64,000 bases of DNA from Tubiluchus corallicola (lineage: Eukaryota > Animalia > Priapulida), in NCBI GenBank assembly GCA_030141605.1, contig JAQGDQ010000020.1, positions 868,001 to 932,000 on the forward strand. The letters run 5' to 3'. Under the pieces are notes generated by a model. It saw only the letters and a list, made by a program, of their open reading frames with translations. It had not been told where the DNA came from and did no database searches. Of this stretch, positions 40,501 through 53,524 are shown piece after piece. Each line of letters starts with the position of its first letter. Position 1 is the first letter of the stretch. Both the position numbers and the translations under genes were made by a program.

Positions 40501-43500
40501 TTTTAAAATTAATCAGCTTGTTTAAAAATTGTAATCAAATTACAAACTGATAATTTTTGAATATTGCCATTTTGTAAAGGTGAACAAGTTGCATACAGGT
40601 ATCAGTACCCGGGACTGCGTTACATACAGGTGTCACTACCTGTGACTGCATTTTGAACACCTTGGCGACCTTGTACAAACTATTACAGCAATGTGGCTCC
40701 CAAGAGGAAAATCCACCTACCCTCAACACCCCGCCTTATTATTACTGTCGCACGAGCATGTCGTCGATCAGGAAGTTAACCCCATCCTACAAATCACCTA
40801 TCCAAGGTGTAGAACGTTTGTCTGTAAGCTGACCCGGTCCTGTAAGTTACCTGTCCAAAAAGGTGCAACTAAATTTGTCTGGTGGCTGACCGTCTCCTTA
40901 CCTGTCCAAAAAGGTGAGGGAAAGTTTGTCTGGAGACTGAGCCTGTCAGGTGAGCTACCTGTGCAAGGTAGAGGAAGGTTTGTCCAGTTACATCATCAAT
41001 GCGTGCCGCCGTGTTACCTTATACGGTCAATGTTTTGAAGGTAAATGCAAGCGGCTTCTTTGAGTAGTGATAATCTTAGGTAATATATGGTGTCTTGAAC
41101 AATACTGTCTCGTTTACCTTCAAATTTACACCTTTACTTGTGTAACTTCGAACTTATAATATACTAACTTACAAAGATATAGTTGAAATATCAGCAGTAG
41201 CAACAATGATGCAAACCTGTTATCGCACATTTCTACAATTGTTGAATATTAAGTGAAACGGAAAATTGGAAGAAAAAATAAATTTACTATAGTATTAATA
41301 TAATAAAGGACTTTATTATCAAATAATAAAGGACTACGTTACTGTTTTTATAGTAGTCCTTTATTATTTTATTTCACTTTTAACTGCCTTGTCACTCATG
41401 TATTGCATTTTGAAGGTTACGAAATAAATAAATAAATTACTGTTCTTGGGTTGTTGTCGTTGTTGTTTCTGTTGTTATTGCTGCTACTGCTGTTGTTGTT
41501 GCTGCTGCTGCTCCAGTTGTTGTTGTTGTTGCTGCTCCAATTGTTGTTGATGCTGTTGTTTTTTGTCATTGGCATTGTCGTTGTTGTCATTGTTGTTGAC
41601 GTTCTTGTAAAATGAATAATTTTTGGACCGGGGAAATGTAAATATCAGAACTTCACTATTCAAGTGTGGTAAAGTTACTTTATAAAACGCTTTTGTACAT
41701 ACGTGTTCCAGTTATCATCATCATCTCCTCCACCACCACCATCACGTTCGTCATCAGCATCCAGCATCATTCAGTTTCTCGCTTGTTTCACTTTCGACAG
41801 AGTCATTTTTCTTATCATTGCTTATTTCAAACGGTGTAAAAATAAATGACTTTCATATGTACGTGTGTTAGTTACTCCTGACTTAAGAACATAGCTCATC
41901 TAAGATAAATTGTGCAGACCTCTCCACTACTATTCAAAAGTGATGAGATCTCAGCAGGTGCAGACCTCCAATTTCTCATCATTTATCATGTCAGCTCATA
42001 TCATTCAGTGTGTTTATACTCGCTTACAAATACACAAACAAATTGCCGCTGCTTATCGGCGGCCATTACGCAGCAATACGGGAAATCAACACCGCTGCTT
42101 TGCTTCAATTGTCGGCTATTTATTCCGTTTCGTTTTGAAACCTAATCTTAAGTTTTTAAATAAAGGGTGGATCGAAAATTGTGACCCTTAATCGCAAAAC
42201 GGGGGTGATAGAAACATTTTACATTTGCACCATCATTTCTCTCTGCAGATTAAGTTAAAACTGAAGCGAAAACTAATTCCCGTCGAGGTCACCTTGCTGT
42301 TGGTGTCCGGATCTTGACAAAATCATGTTCATCGACACCTGTGCAACCCGGCGAGAAATTCTATCCCTAATGAAGACGCACGGGAAGCATTTACGGGAAG
42401 ACACATGCTCCCGTACATCACTAACCCATCATCGCCTTGACACTGCGCAATAACTTGTTTATTCTCGTATCCAATGCGCATATGTTTAAGCGATTATAGC
42501 TCCGCCATCGTCTACTTATATAAATAGGCAATGGCCGCCAAGGCGTTAAACGGCCATTAGCGCTAATAAATTTCGCACTCGGGTTGCCCATGAAGACGTA
42601 TGGATGATTTAGTATGGCGCAGAAGTGTCATTGATGTTCCAAACAACTGCAGCATTCTGTAACGGGAATGCCCTCTTCTAGAAGCAGACATCCTGGCGCC
42701 GAGGAGGGTCTAGAGTTACCCAGCTGTCCTGGCTTGTCAAGATTACAGCTGAGAAAAAACCCGCATTGATAAACACGTTGAAAAGCTCTGAGAGACTGAG
42801 AAGCTAGTGTTGGGGCTATCTGAAATGACTTAATATAAGAAACCTGTATTAAAGGTGCGTGATTATAACGCTTTCTATTTCTTGCCAGTAGACGTCGCCA
42901 CGTTATGTATTACATATTATTAGGCCTACAATTTTAATAGGCGTCAAGGTGTTAATATGATGACTTGTTAATAGGATGATTTGTTTCTTCGACAACTTAT
43001 GTTTAATGTCTGATTTCTAGATATAATTTCTGAGTTCCTTGTCTTTTGTGCTTTTATTAATTATCTTTTCATTTCTGTCATTTCTTCTCCCTTTCAGTTC
43101 GTTTTCATTTTTTCTTTTTTCCATTTTCCTTTCTTTTTTGTTCATTTTATCATCTTTTTCAGTTCATTCTTAATCCGTTTGTTCATTCATTCAGTCATTC
43201 ATTCGTTCCTTGTTATAGTCTTTCTTTTTTCTTTCGTTTTTTCTCTCTTTCTTCTTCTTCTTTTCTTCTTTTTTCTGCAATTCTTTGCTTTTTTCTTTTT
43301 CATTTTCTTTCTTTCCAAGTTTTCTTTCCTTTTTCCTTTTTCTTTTTAATCCATTTTCATTTGTTCGTTTAGTTTCTTAGTTCTTGTTATCCTAGTCTCT
43401 CATTGTCATCGTCATCATTGTCATCATCATCATCATTGCCAGCATCACCACCACCGTCAACTATCCTTTTCATTGCAGTGTCCCTTCTTTATTATTCGCA

Positions 43501-46500
43501 CCCTTTTTGCAATTTTATTACGTTTCACGCATATCATTTTCACAGGTAATAGCACAGCACACGCTTTCCTCATCATTTAGCCCTCATTGTTCGCGTTTAA
43601 TTCACTTTGTTCTCACGGCGTGGCGCTACTAAAAAGGCAACGCCATTTTAACGGAACCGATTACTATTTATAATCGGTTAGATATAAATTAAGCCACAGC
43701 CGTTTGACAAAGGCCACCATGGCGCGATGTTACGCGAAACTTTTACAAGTTTTTAATGTTGCGTTTGGCACAACAAATAACCGAACATAAACTCAGTTTC
43801 ATTGTTCGCACGTGTTTGGCGGTCTATATACAAAATGGTGGAAAATGGACCTCAGTGGTGCGCATGAATGGAAAGCCATAGACTTCAGAGCTCATCAAGG
43901 GTTGCCACCTGGTAACACATAACGACCGAATCACCCGGGCAATGGTCGACTGTTACCCGAACACGCACAATTTGTCATCTTAAACAGGAAAACACTTACT
44001 ATGTGATACACTGTTGGCTATTCTTTGCAAAGATTTATAACCATTTTTGGCTAATAATGGTGCCTAAACACGACAGGTATGGACAACAAAGCGCTGTTGA
44101 AATAAATTTCCATTGTCATTCGACTGCAATAGTTTCTGTAGTATACAACAACACTTATCACATTTCCCTCATTAAAGGAAAAAGAAATGATTAATTATTG
44201 TAATGCGCCTCTGTACGCAATATTCTTTGGGACACAGCCATAAGGCCATAATATAGAAGACTGAATAGATAAGAGTACAGTAAACACAATGAAACAATTT
44301 TCATACATGTATAATCTATTTTCACAATAAGTAGACCTACAAATGCATAGTGTATAGTTTTAATGTTTAGTATTGATAAATAATTTTTGTGAAAGTTGAA
44401 TTTACTTGGTCTTTTGACAATAAATTAGGCCTACTACTACAATTTTTATATGTATTACCTAGGCCTAATTGAACTCTTATGTAAACAACGCCTAAACAGA
44501 TTTAATTTTATTTTCCTCACTGATATGACTAAACTGGTTGACAATATGGACATAATAACGTAACGTTAATTGGCTGTCAATTTTATCAACTTTATCGTAG
44601 TTTAAGCCATTGGCGAATATTACATTCTTTGTTTATACTTAAATTAATCACGATATTTTCTTGAATTTATATCATTTTTGACAAACCACACAATTACTAA
44701 AATTTCAATGAAATTATGGCCCCTGGGCCGGTTTAGGGCAGAAAAAATTGTAGCGGGCTAAGGAATACAAAGTACGTATTATAGTTAAATTTGTTCCCTA
44801 TAAACATATTACGAAATAGACCTATTTGTAACTTAAAGATCTCAGATTTACAGACGCACAGGTATACGTTTATAAGATCCAAAGATTTATAAGATATATA
44901 AGATTTTTAAGTTACAAATCCTGGGTTTAATTGTCAGGATTGACAAACCTAAAGATCATTATTGCGTAAAAGTAGAATAAGGAGAGTTTCAAACAGCGTT
45001 TTTGCTTCTTTTACTCAACAACTTGCGACATTTTTAACTGCCAACGTTTTTTTCTCCGTTGAAAATTTGTTTGAAATGCTGTGAACCTGCCGACAACAGT
45101 TGTGCAAAAAATGTCAGCAAATTTAAAACTGACAAAAGCTCCAATGAAGAGCAAAGTGATTTCTTGTCTAACCGCCGACTGTCCGGAAACTGCCGAAATT
45201 TAACGATAATTTGCTCGACTAAGTCGTAAAGTTAACACCTTTCAGGTTTATCGTGTTTTTATGTTGTCTCCTGCTGGTTGAATGATGCACACGTGGTCTC
45301 CTAGCAACGTGTCAGCGTCCCAAGAATTTTTTTCATAGTTATTTTCTATACGAAGGACTAATTGTGGAGTGGGCTGTCAGAATAGCAAAAACGAAAAGTT
45401 AGAGAAGAAAGAGAAACGAAACAGACAATAAAAAATCGGAAGCAGTTTACAATACCCCACACAATTTAAATGCCCTGACTCTAACCCTAATCCTGATCCG
45501 AATCCTAATCCGCTTTACGAACTAATTTCTTATTTGTGGGGAATTGTAAACTTTAGCCAAAAAATCATTCCAAACGAGTAATCGAAGCAAACGATCGAAT
45601 GCTTAAACTTGCAAATAAACAAATTATATCTATTTATCAATAGCCCAAGAACTATGTCTAAGCTTCTTTAGCGATGTACAGGGTCAAAGCTGACCATGCG
45701 GCCAGCCTGTCGACTTGCTTTCGTTGTTCAACTCGAATAATTTAGGGGAAAATCGAAAAATCTCTGTCGTTTGAAACCAAAAGAGAAATGGGAAAGAAAT
45801 ACAAATATTTTTTAAATATTTTGTTGTGTAAATACTATGCACACAATAAGTACATACATACATAACACAACAAAGCATATACTATATTAGTAACAGCACA
45901 ATAATCCAAATTACTGTAATACAGTAATAAAAACAATTTAAATCAAACACAGAATATCAAGCTTAGATATATAGGCCCAAACATACATGTGTATGTTCAA
46001 AGTAAAATATGCGCAGATAGCCTACACATACATATATAGCATTTAATTAATATATAATGGTCTTAGTTATATATGATTAAATTTATCGTCAATACATCCT
46101 GATTCCGAAACATTTTAAGATAAATTACAAAAATAATTTAAAGAATCTCTGAATCATTTGAGCCTAATAAAAAATTTTAGTTTGACATCATGTGATAAAT
46201 AAACAAATCTAGCATATGTAGTACTAATTTCTGTATAAAGGGCGTTTCTTAGCTGTTCATATCTACTACAGTGTAGGAGCATGAGTGTTTCACCTTCTAC
46301 GTCTGTTTATTGTTTGTTTGTATCGTATTGCGAACAATACCTTTCATTGGCTGGTATTTTATTGGGTTTGTGTAGTCTATCGGTTTCTGTTGCAAGTGAG
46401 AGCATTTTCTAATTAACAGATAAACTTACTTAACTATAATACTGTAACCTGGAAACTTCAGGTAAAAAGCCTTAATAGTCAAGACGCCATATTATAAATC

Positions 46501-49500
46501 TTTCAGGTCTTGTTAAGATGCAAGATTAAAAGTAATTTTAACAGGCATCTTTATTATAAATAAGTAACAAAGAATCTTGCGTTGCGTATAGGCCTAGTAA
46601 AATGCAAAACTGGGAATTTATAATCAAAAGTTCAAATAGAATTAGCCTATATATTTATAAACTTTCCTACATGTAAATCCACAAAAACTTCTGTGAAAGT
46701 GACTTTAATTTCTGCACATTATAAGTAACGTAAGATGAAAAGCACTGCCTTTTAGAATTCCCCGCTACAACCGTATAAGAAGTAGTTTTAATAATTTTTT
46801 AACTAACTAAAACCTTTAATTCACTTCTCCGCTCCAAGAAGAGAAAATTAAATATATTTACTAATGTCAAATATTTTACATGTAACACAATTTATCAAGA
46901 AAACTATTCTATTTTTTCATGGTTTGACTTTCGCTACTGACAATCCCATATGTAACGAAGCTTGATTTCCATTGACTATCATTAATCTAGTAGCATTTTA
47001 CAAAGAAACATGCAAATTAGCCAAATTCTGTAAATAAACAAATAAATGTGTGTTATAACAAACAGTAACCATTTAGAGGCATTAATTATGGCTCCAATTG
47101 GGCCTATAATGCATAACTTTGAATACAATATCAAATTACATAATTACAACATTGAACTAGAGTGCCTTAATATCATATAGGCCCTGTATTACAATTAAGG
47201 AAATAAGGAAATACTATATTAGATAATTAAATGTTATGTGATTTTAATTAAACGCGTGTAAACTCTGCTTTAAACGACAATTTTGACTTATTTTACTATT
47301 GCTTCTTTTATAAAAAAAGGAACAAAATTTTCAATTAATTTATGATTAATTACCACCCCAACAGTGTTCTTCTATAGAATTATAACATAAAAAACTAATA
47401 TTAAATTACGGAATTATAATATTCAACTCTTTTACTCAAAACAACCACTAAGACGACCCATCCCAGCCCCACCCCCACGGGCCACTCCGAAGATTCTTCC
47501 TCACTACTAAAAGAATACACAAAGGCTCCAGAAAATGGAAGCGAGGGCACAGAAGTTTCGTGCCCCTCCAAATGCTGCGAAGTCTCCGGCATCTATGCGG
47601 TGCTCGCGGGTCGCAGCGAAACAAAGAACAAGACACCGCATAGCGCAAAAAATCACATTTCTAATAAGAGCAGAAGCAGAGGTCAAAGTCAAACGAAGTC
47701 TGACGTTGTTCTTATCCAAGAATGACGAACGATTGTTTACATGGTAACGAATTGATATCTTTATCTGATGACGTATGTGTCATGACGTATAAGATGTTAG
47801 AAGGTGATGACGTTGACTGATTCCATGGCAACAAGTCGCTTTAGAGCGTCTAAAATGTTTTTGCTACTAATTTTTTTACGGACTATATGGCGATGGCTAG
47901 AAATTCAGAAACTGAAAACAGTCACAATGGTTGCCATTAAAGTGGATTTATTCCTAATTTATTATCATAGAATTCAGTTTAGTCAAGGCTCAGTCACTAT
48001 TCTACATGGATCATGGATACGCCCTCTTGGTGATAGCTGATAAGCATCAAATTTAATTACGCTCTTAATTCAGTTTAACCATGCGAGTCTGATTTACAAG
48101 CTCTGACTGTGGAATTAGCAATCCGTTAAGCTTTATAAAACTGCCCTAATATGCTCCCTCAGCAAATGCTATTTAATACACATATCGCAAGGAAAACATT
48201 GACTGTACCCTTTCAAGTTTCCGACCGTCTAATCTTTGATAGCGTCGGATTTTTGCCGGATTCTCCAATTCAAGCAATATTTAGCAATTAATAGGAGGCT
48301 GTTGGGACGTTATTAAATCTATTGAAAGAACATTGCAGCTATGAGAACTGTAGGTTTTACGATGGTTCAATTCTGATTTGAAATTAGTTGGATTCTCTGC
48401 GTTTACCCACGGGATTATGATGATTAAAAACTTTCGGTTGGAAAATAATAATGTGGTACATTGGTCGTCATAAACTGCTTTTCCTGTGTTAATGTGTTGA
48501 ACAGTTGACTAAAGGATAATGCTTCGATAACTGCGCAAAAATGGTTTAGTTTTGTAGGCTTTATCCTGAAAAATTTAGACACGATTTTATACCCGAGTAA
48601 TAGGGTTAGGTGTAGAGTTATGTAATGCTAGAGTTACACATAACTTCATATAGATGTTCGATCCATGATTATAAATTCATTGATAGTAACCAACCTGATC
48701 GATTTTAAGACGCTGTACTCTATTCCATTATATTTCCAATTGGTGAAATTGAAGAATTTATTTTGCTGCATTTCTCATAACCCAAATCGTTAACAAAATT
48801 CTGTAATTAGTATCCAGGCCCTGGTATAATCATTAAGCGAAATAAACTTAGGGAAGAGGCCCCATACAGTTTTTCAAATCGAATAATTTCACAAAAGTAA
48901 AATAAACCGGAATATTGGTTACTGTGTTTGTTTACAATTATGATGGTACGGACATAAAATATATTTTAATATTGAATTGAATGTTTTATATGTAATACTA
49001 AGTGAATCGATATCGATTTATGTAAAAAACTGTTAAGTAATTTTTTATTTGCATTTTTGACTCATGTCAATTTGCTTAAGAAATGAAAATGAAAGTGTTT
49101 GCACTATGTTTGCTAGGACAAGCTTTGTTATCCTGATCTTTTGTAATAAGCAGTTTCATATTTGTAGATATGCTGAATGGCTGTCCGTTTGTAAGATCTG
49201 GAGTCGCCTCTGTATTTTTAATGTAATATCACTTTTTATGCAATGAAAAACTGATGTCCAAGCTTTTACTGTAAATAAATCTTACTGCAGGTTTTTTTAA
49301 TTCAAAAGATAAAAGTATTATTTATATTCTCAATTGGGCCTATGTGTGAAAGTAGCATACTCTTTTCAGTGCTTAGGGCTTCTTAAGATCTTAATTCGGC
49401 CCTGCTAGTATCAGGACTCGTGCATCTTGCGTATTTTATGAACAGAAATATTATTCCTAAAAGCTTCTAAAACGCTTTTTATAGGTAACATAGTAATATT

Positions 49501-50628
49501 TTAGCACAACGTATTTGAATTCTGAAAGCAACATGAATTCTATATTTTTGGTAGATGGAGAACGATATTATTTGTAAACGCGTAATCATACCCACGTATT
49601 ATACTGTAAATAAGTTTTTAAGCTAGTTTTTAGTAGAGTTTTTATCCATGTGTACTACGAACCAGATTTCGAAGTAAATAAATAATTCTAATTCCAAAAT
49701 GAAGAGTCGCTGACTTACTGACTTTTTAGTAAATTCGTTATCCTATCTCGCTGATTTTATTTCTACTTTATTTAACAGATTAACACATTTGCTCTGCTTA
49801 TGTTTAAGTATTTTCGTTCCTGTATTCGTTCCTAAAATGTTAGAGAGAAAAATAAATTTCATTTCATTTCATTTGAATGTGAGTATTACTATCTGTAAAA
49901 TACACAACACATCGAACGAAATATAGCAGGCTTTGTTATTAATTTTGGATAATTTTTACATTTACTAAAATTGTCAAATAAGAAGTGATGGAACGTTAAA
50001 AAAGAAGAAAAAAGAAGGAAAAACTGAGTTATAACATTTACATTTTGACGTTTACCTTATCATATTTGTCATCAGCTTTGTCGTTGTAGTGTTTGTAGTT
50101 AAATTATAAAGTTTGCGCCCGCCACGCGTTCTTCAATAACGAAGGTCAACATCGGCAAACTTCAATATCATTTAAATTGAATAGTATTTTGAGATAAAAG
50201 TAATTTACTTTGTGTTTTTGATCTAGGTTGTAAAATTGTATTTGCATTTGTAGTTTGATGGGTGAAATAAATTGAAATTGAATTAATCAAATAATATTGA
50301 ATAAATTAAGCAAATCCAATTACATTGTTATTTTGATAGTTAGGCGCCGACATTCTATTGATGAGATTCTATTCATTTATCAGCATAAAAAAGAACAAAA
50401 ATTTTCTTTTTACAGGTTTGGTTTCAAAACAGACGTACAAAATGGCGGAAAAAGCACGCAGCGGAAATGGCGAGTGCCAAACAGCGCCAAGATAAAGAAG
50501 CAGAAAAACAAGCAGACGACGAGAAATCAGACGACGAAAACAGTCGCCACCTACCACCAAGATATGGCGACAACAATAACAGCAACAACAGCGATACTAG
50601 CAGTTACATTTCTATGGGGTGTAGCTGA
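31091..50628 (+). CDS. Nkx6: NK6-family homeobox transcription factor; 3 exons, 281 aa
   Basis: Exons 31091-31547, 35697-35872 and 50416-50628 (phases 1,0; 846 nt). NK6 N-terminal motif [12 protein letters not shown], eh1/TN motif [16 protein letters not shown] motif. Homeodomain [45 protein letters not shown]|[13 protein letters not shown] followed by HAAEMA. Confidence 0.96.
33260..33410. repeat. 75-bp tandem duplication
   Basis: TTGTACCATAGATGTACAAAATCC...TTAACTATATGCTT occurs twice. Confidence 0.9.
35379..35447 (-). pseudogene. tRNA-like sequence (SINE head or tRNA pseudogene)
   Basis: A box TAGTTCAGCTGG, T arm TCGGG-TTCAAAT-CCCGA and ACTAG/CTAGT acceptor-like pairing; the anticodon stem does not pair. 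Confidence 0.6.
35697..35872 (+). CDS. Nkx6: Nkx6 exon 2 (homeodomain helices 1-2)
   Basis: Acceptor TTTTCGTTTCAG, donor AAG|GTGAGT. Confidence 0.95.
36990..37195 (+). mobile_element. Dispersed repeat, copy 1 (possibly a Kolobok-type non-autonomous element)
   Basis: TGTGATGTCAT.AATAGTTGGGCTC...AATCTATTATTTGATTATCAG...TTTTTACCGTACTT.AAAATGGA is shared with 57585-57775. Confidence 0.7.
38400..38532. repeat. (CAA/CAG)n microsatellite
   Basis: Read directly from the sequence. Confidence 0.9.
39399..39872 (-). mobile_element. 5'-truncated RTE-clade LINE with (GAA)n tail and 11-bp TSD
   Basis: TSD CAACTACAAGC at 39388-39398 and 39873-39883. Minus translation [55 protein letters not shown]...[20 protein letters not shown]. 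Tail GAAGAAGAAG. Confidence 0.9.
40290..40412 (+). mobile_element. tRNA-derived repeat, copy 1
   Basis: GTGGCCTA..GTCTAAGGC...ATCAAATCCAGG...CTTTCAAGTTTGATATCAAAATGTAATTAAT is homologous to the minus-strand copy at 63573-63692. Confidence 0.6.
40790..41010. repeat. Diverged 50-60-bp tandem repeat, about 4 copies
   Basis: Core TTACCTGTCCAAAAAGGTG...TTTGTCTGG recurs. Confidence 0.7.
45438..45558. mobile_element. Short MITE with internal telomere-like repeats, copy 2 (Merlin-like)
   Basis: GG...CC termini, perfect 8-bp TSD AAAAAATC (45430-45437 and 45559-45566), TIR AGTTTACAATACCCCAC/GTGGGGAATTGTAAACT. Confidence 0.8.
48815..49404. mobile_element. hAT-type MITE family C
   Basis: CAGGCCC...GGCCCTG ends; 7/8 TSD match TTAGTATC/CTAGTATC. 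Confidence 0.7.
50416..50628 (+). CDS. Nkx6: Nkx6 exon 3 (recognition helix and acidic tail)
   Basis: Acceptor TTCTTTTTACAG; encodes [25 protein letters not shown]...MGCS*. The ORF track shows a different, incorrect frame here. Confidence 0.95.
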   Translation, partial: VWFQNRRTKWRKKHAAEMASAKQRQDKEAEKQADDEKSDDENSRHLPPRYGDNNNSNNSDTSSYISMGCS

Positions 50629-51548
50629 GGACTTGTTACAGAATAAAGTGGTGATTATCTAGCGTTTCTGAATCGTCAACGTTAAGTCAAAACAGCTCAG
50701 GTAACCAAGATACAATGGCAGAAATCTTCGAAGTCGCGGCGAAAAGTGTCGCTTTGTACAGTTATATAGAGCAGACTATTAGTTTTGCTATTAGTGTACA
50801 GAAATCTCACTGAAATAAGAAATGTGGACATGAAGTACTATATAGCAATAATTTCAAGAAACAAAACTCTTGTTTTGACATCATCGGGATCACGTATTTG
50901 TGTAAGATAACCCCACTTAGGACGGAACATTATTCCTATTACCCCGTTGTGCGTTATTGATACCATTATATTGAAAGCCTGTTAGCAAGGCTCTGTACTG
51001 TTACTGTTGTACTTGAAGTCATCATTATGGAAACGCAAAAGGTTGTGAAAAACTCAAACTACTGTCATTACAAGCGGCACACTTTTTTAACAAGACGTTG
51101 TCGTCAGACTCATTACCAAGACGAGTTTTTAATGGCCATAACGAGGTTGTTAAAACAAACGTGAGCTCGCCTGACATGCTTGTAATGCGCATGTCACTTT
51201 AACTCGTGACGTCACAATGCATTATACGCACACTATATTGTTTGATGCTAGACATGACTTTTAAGACAAAAAATGCCTAATTTGTTTTAATTATTTAAAT
51301 AAATTTTTAGTTTGTGAAATCTAGCTGTATCTAGGCGTACTGCAAGCGTAGTATCTCTTGTTTCTCTTAAAGTTTAACTATTTTCAGCCGACAATTTGTG
51401 GCATTCTCTCAATACAAACTTGCTGTTTCAGTTTTTGGCATGTACAACACTCCTGTTGTTGACCACCACAAATATCATTGCCAAAATTTTAAATGTGAGA
51501 GAGTTTGTTGTTTAAACGTAAAAACTTCAGTATTTTAGGTTTATATGT

Positions 51549-51829
51549 TAATCCAGGTAAAATGTTACAGAAAAGTCACAGGAAATATCACAGGAAAAAA
51601 GAAACAACGATAACCCTATTCCTAGCCAAAATTATTGTGACTTTTTTCCTGTCACTGGAAAAAAGAAACAACGATAACCCTATTCCTAGCCAAAATTATT
51701 GTGACTTTTTTCCTGTCACTGGAAAAAAGAAATAACGATAACCCTAACCCTATCCCTAACTTTGACTCTAACCCTAATCCTAGCCAAAATAAATTGTGAC
51801 CTTTTCCTATGACTTTGTTACCAGTCACC
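51549..51829. mobile_element. MITE with CCCTAA repeats and an internal duplication of about 64 bp
   Basis: Inverted AAGTCACAGGAAA..TCACA / TGTGACCTTTTCCTATGACTT; 7/8 TSD match TTATATGT/TTATAAGT; GGAAAAAAGAAACAACGATAACCCTA occurs three times. Confidence 0.65.
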
Positions 51830-52764
51830 TTATAAGTAATAGGCCTACTACCCTAAATTACATTGTAAGTTACGTGACAAGAGTTTGCTGCTTGTATTCA
51901 CTTAGCTGATGACACGTGCTTCTTCATCAGTAACTTGCTTTCGACTCGCTTATTATTATGTTAATTATTATTATTATTATCATTACAACTTTTAGTGTGC
52001 GGCGATTATGCAATAGCAGCTGCTATATAAAACTTAAATTATAATGTAAATATAGAAATGTAAAAGTTTTTCCTCAAGCCAAAAAAGCTCCGCCCACATT
52101 TAGACATTTCTGCTAGCGGTTGCTGGCCAAAACTAATACGGTACGAAACCGTTACAGCAAGAGACACAACAACTTGTCTAGTAAACATTAAAGATGTGTT
52201 CGGTTGCATGGTAGATACGTACAATAGTAGATGCGTTCATCTCGCTGCAGTAACGTAGTTATTGAACAGTAATCTGTAAGTTTTTACTTACAGTACAGTA
52301 CTTACTATACAGTAAGTCAAACCTATTTTTATTAAACGCTTTACTAAGCAATGTAGAGGCAATTGTCTAGTACACTTTTGGTTTAGTTTACTAAAGTTAG
52401 TTCTAGTCCTAAACGTGAGAGGAACTGATCTGCCATACCGAAGCACCCTAACTGCTGCTCGTATTTACTTCGTACATCATTTTTTGAATTTTATCAATAA
52501 AAGTTCCTTCGATTAGGCACACATGTTTTCCGCGGAAAATGTACTATAATGGCGTCGCTTGTAAATAAATAATGATAACGTTTATTAAATAATGAATAAA
52601 GGTTTTGTTTCATAATAATTATTGTTCTTGTTCTTAAACTAGGAGAAAGAGAGAGCGAGATGGGGAGAGACAGAGAAAGTGAGGGCGCGAGAGAAAGAGA
52701 TGGTGAAATTTTTGTATTCTACCACGCGAATTTATCTATTTATTTCATTATTTATTTACTTTCA

Positions 52765-52920
<156 letters not shown>

Positions 52921-53524
52921 ATTATAATATGTATTAAAATAACAGTTCAGTAGCAAAGTAATAACTACCCATATGAAGATGGCGCCACTCCACAGGCCTA
53001 CACGATTTTGAAACATGTGAAACATTTGACATGTTTCTGACAAGACGAACAAACTGTCATGGCAGTGAGATACCAGAACGGCCATTGTAAACTAATTTGT
53101 TATTAATAATGACTAATTATGACTGACGAGCTTGCAGCGCAGCTGTAGCACTCATCATCTTTTCAGCCCACAACGTGCAATACAAGTAAAAACCTGGGGC
53201 AATATACTCTGACGGCTTGTCCCAACATAAAAACAGGTGTAATATCACTTCTTTTTCATCAGAGCCGGTTAGTACTACTTCCAGCAATTTACAAGTTTCT
53301 AAAGGTAAGTCACGTGATTTATGGCCTCAAAGTAAAGCATTATAAAGATGTATGGCGATATATATATGTGTATAATTATATTATGTATAATATATATGGT
53401 CACTTTTATATTGTTGAATCCGGAGAATATAGGCAAAAATGACACACAAAAAATGGCACAAACGGAAAAGTAAGAAAAACGACATAGATGTTACTTTGAG
53501 GTAAATAACTTCTGTAATAAAATA

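Noticed and set aside
47452-47460. GACGACCCA as a Gli binding site
   Set aside because: The mismatch falls on a core C of GACCACCCA, and a single 8/9 match is expected by chance.
50297-50662. 121-aa ORF over Nkx6 exon 3
   Set aside because: Wrong frame; the true exon starts at 50416 with VWFQNRR.
51906-51930. CTGATGA as a hammerhead core
   Set aside because: It pairs with TCATCAG as a small hairpin and has no following GAAA box.
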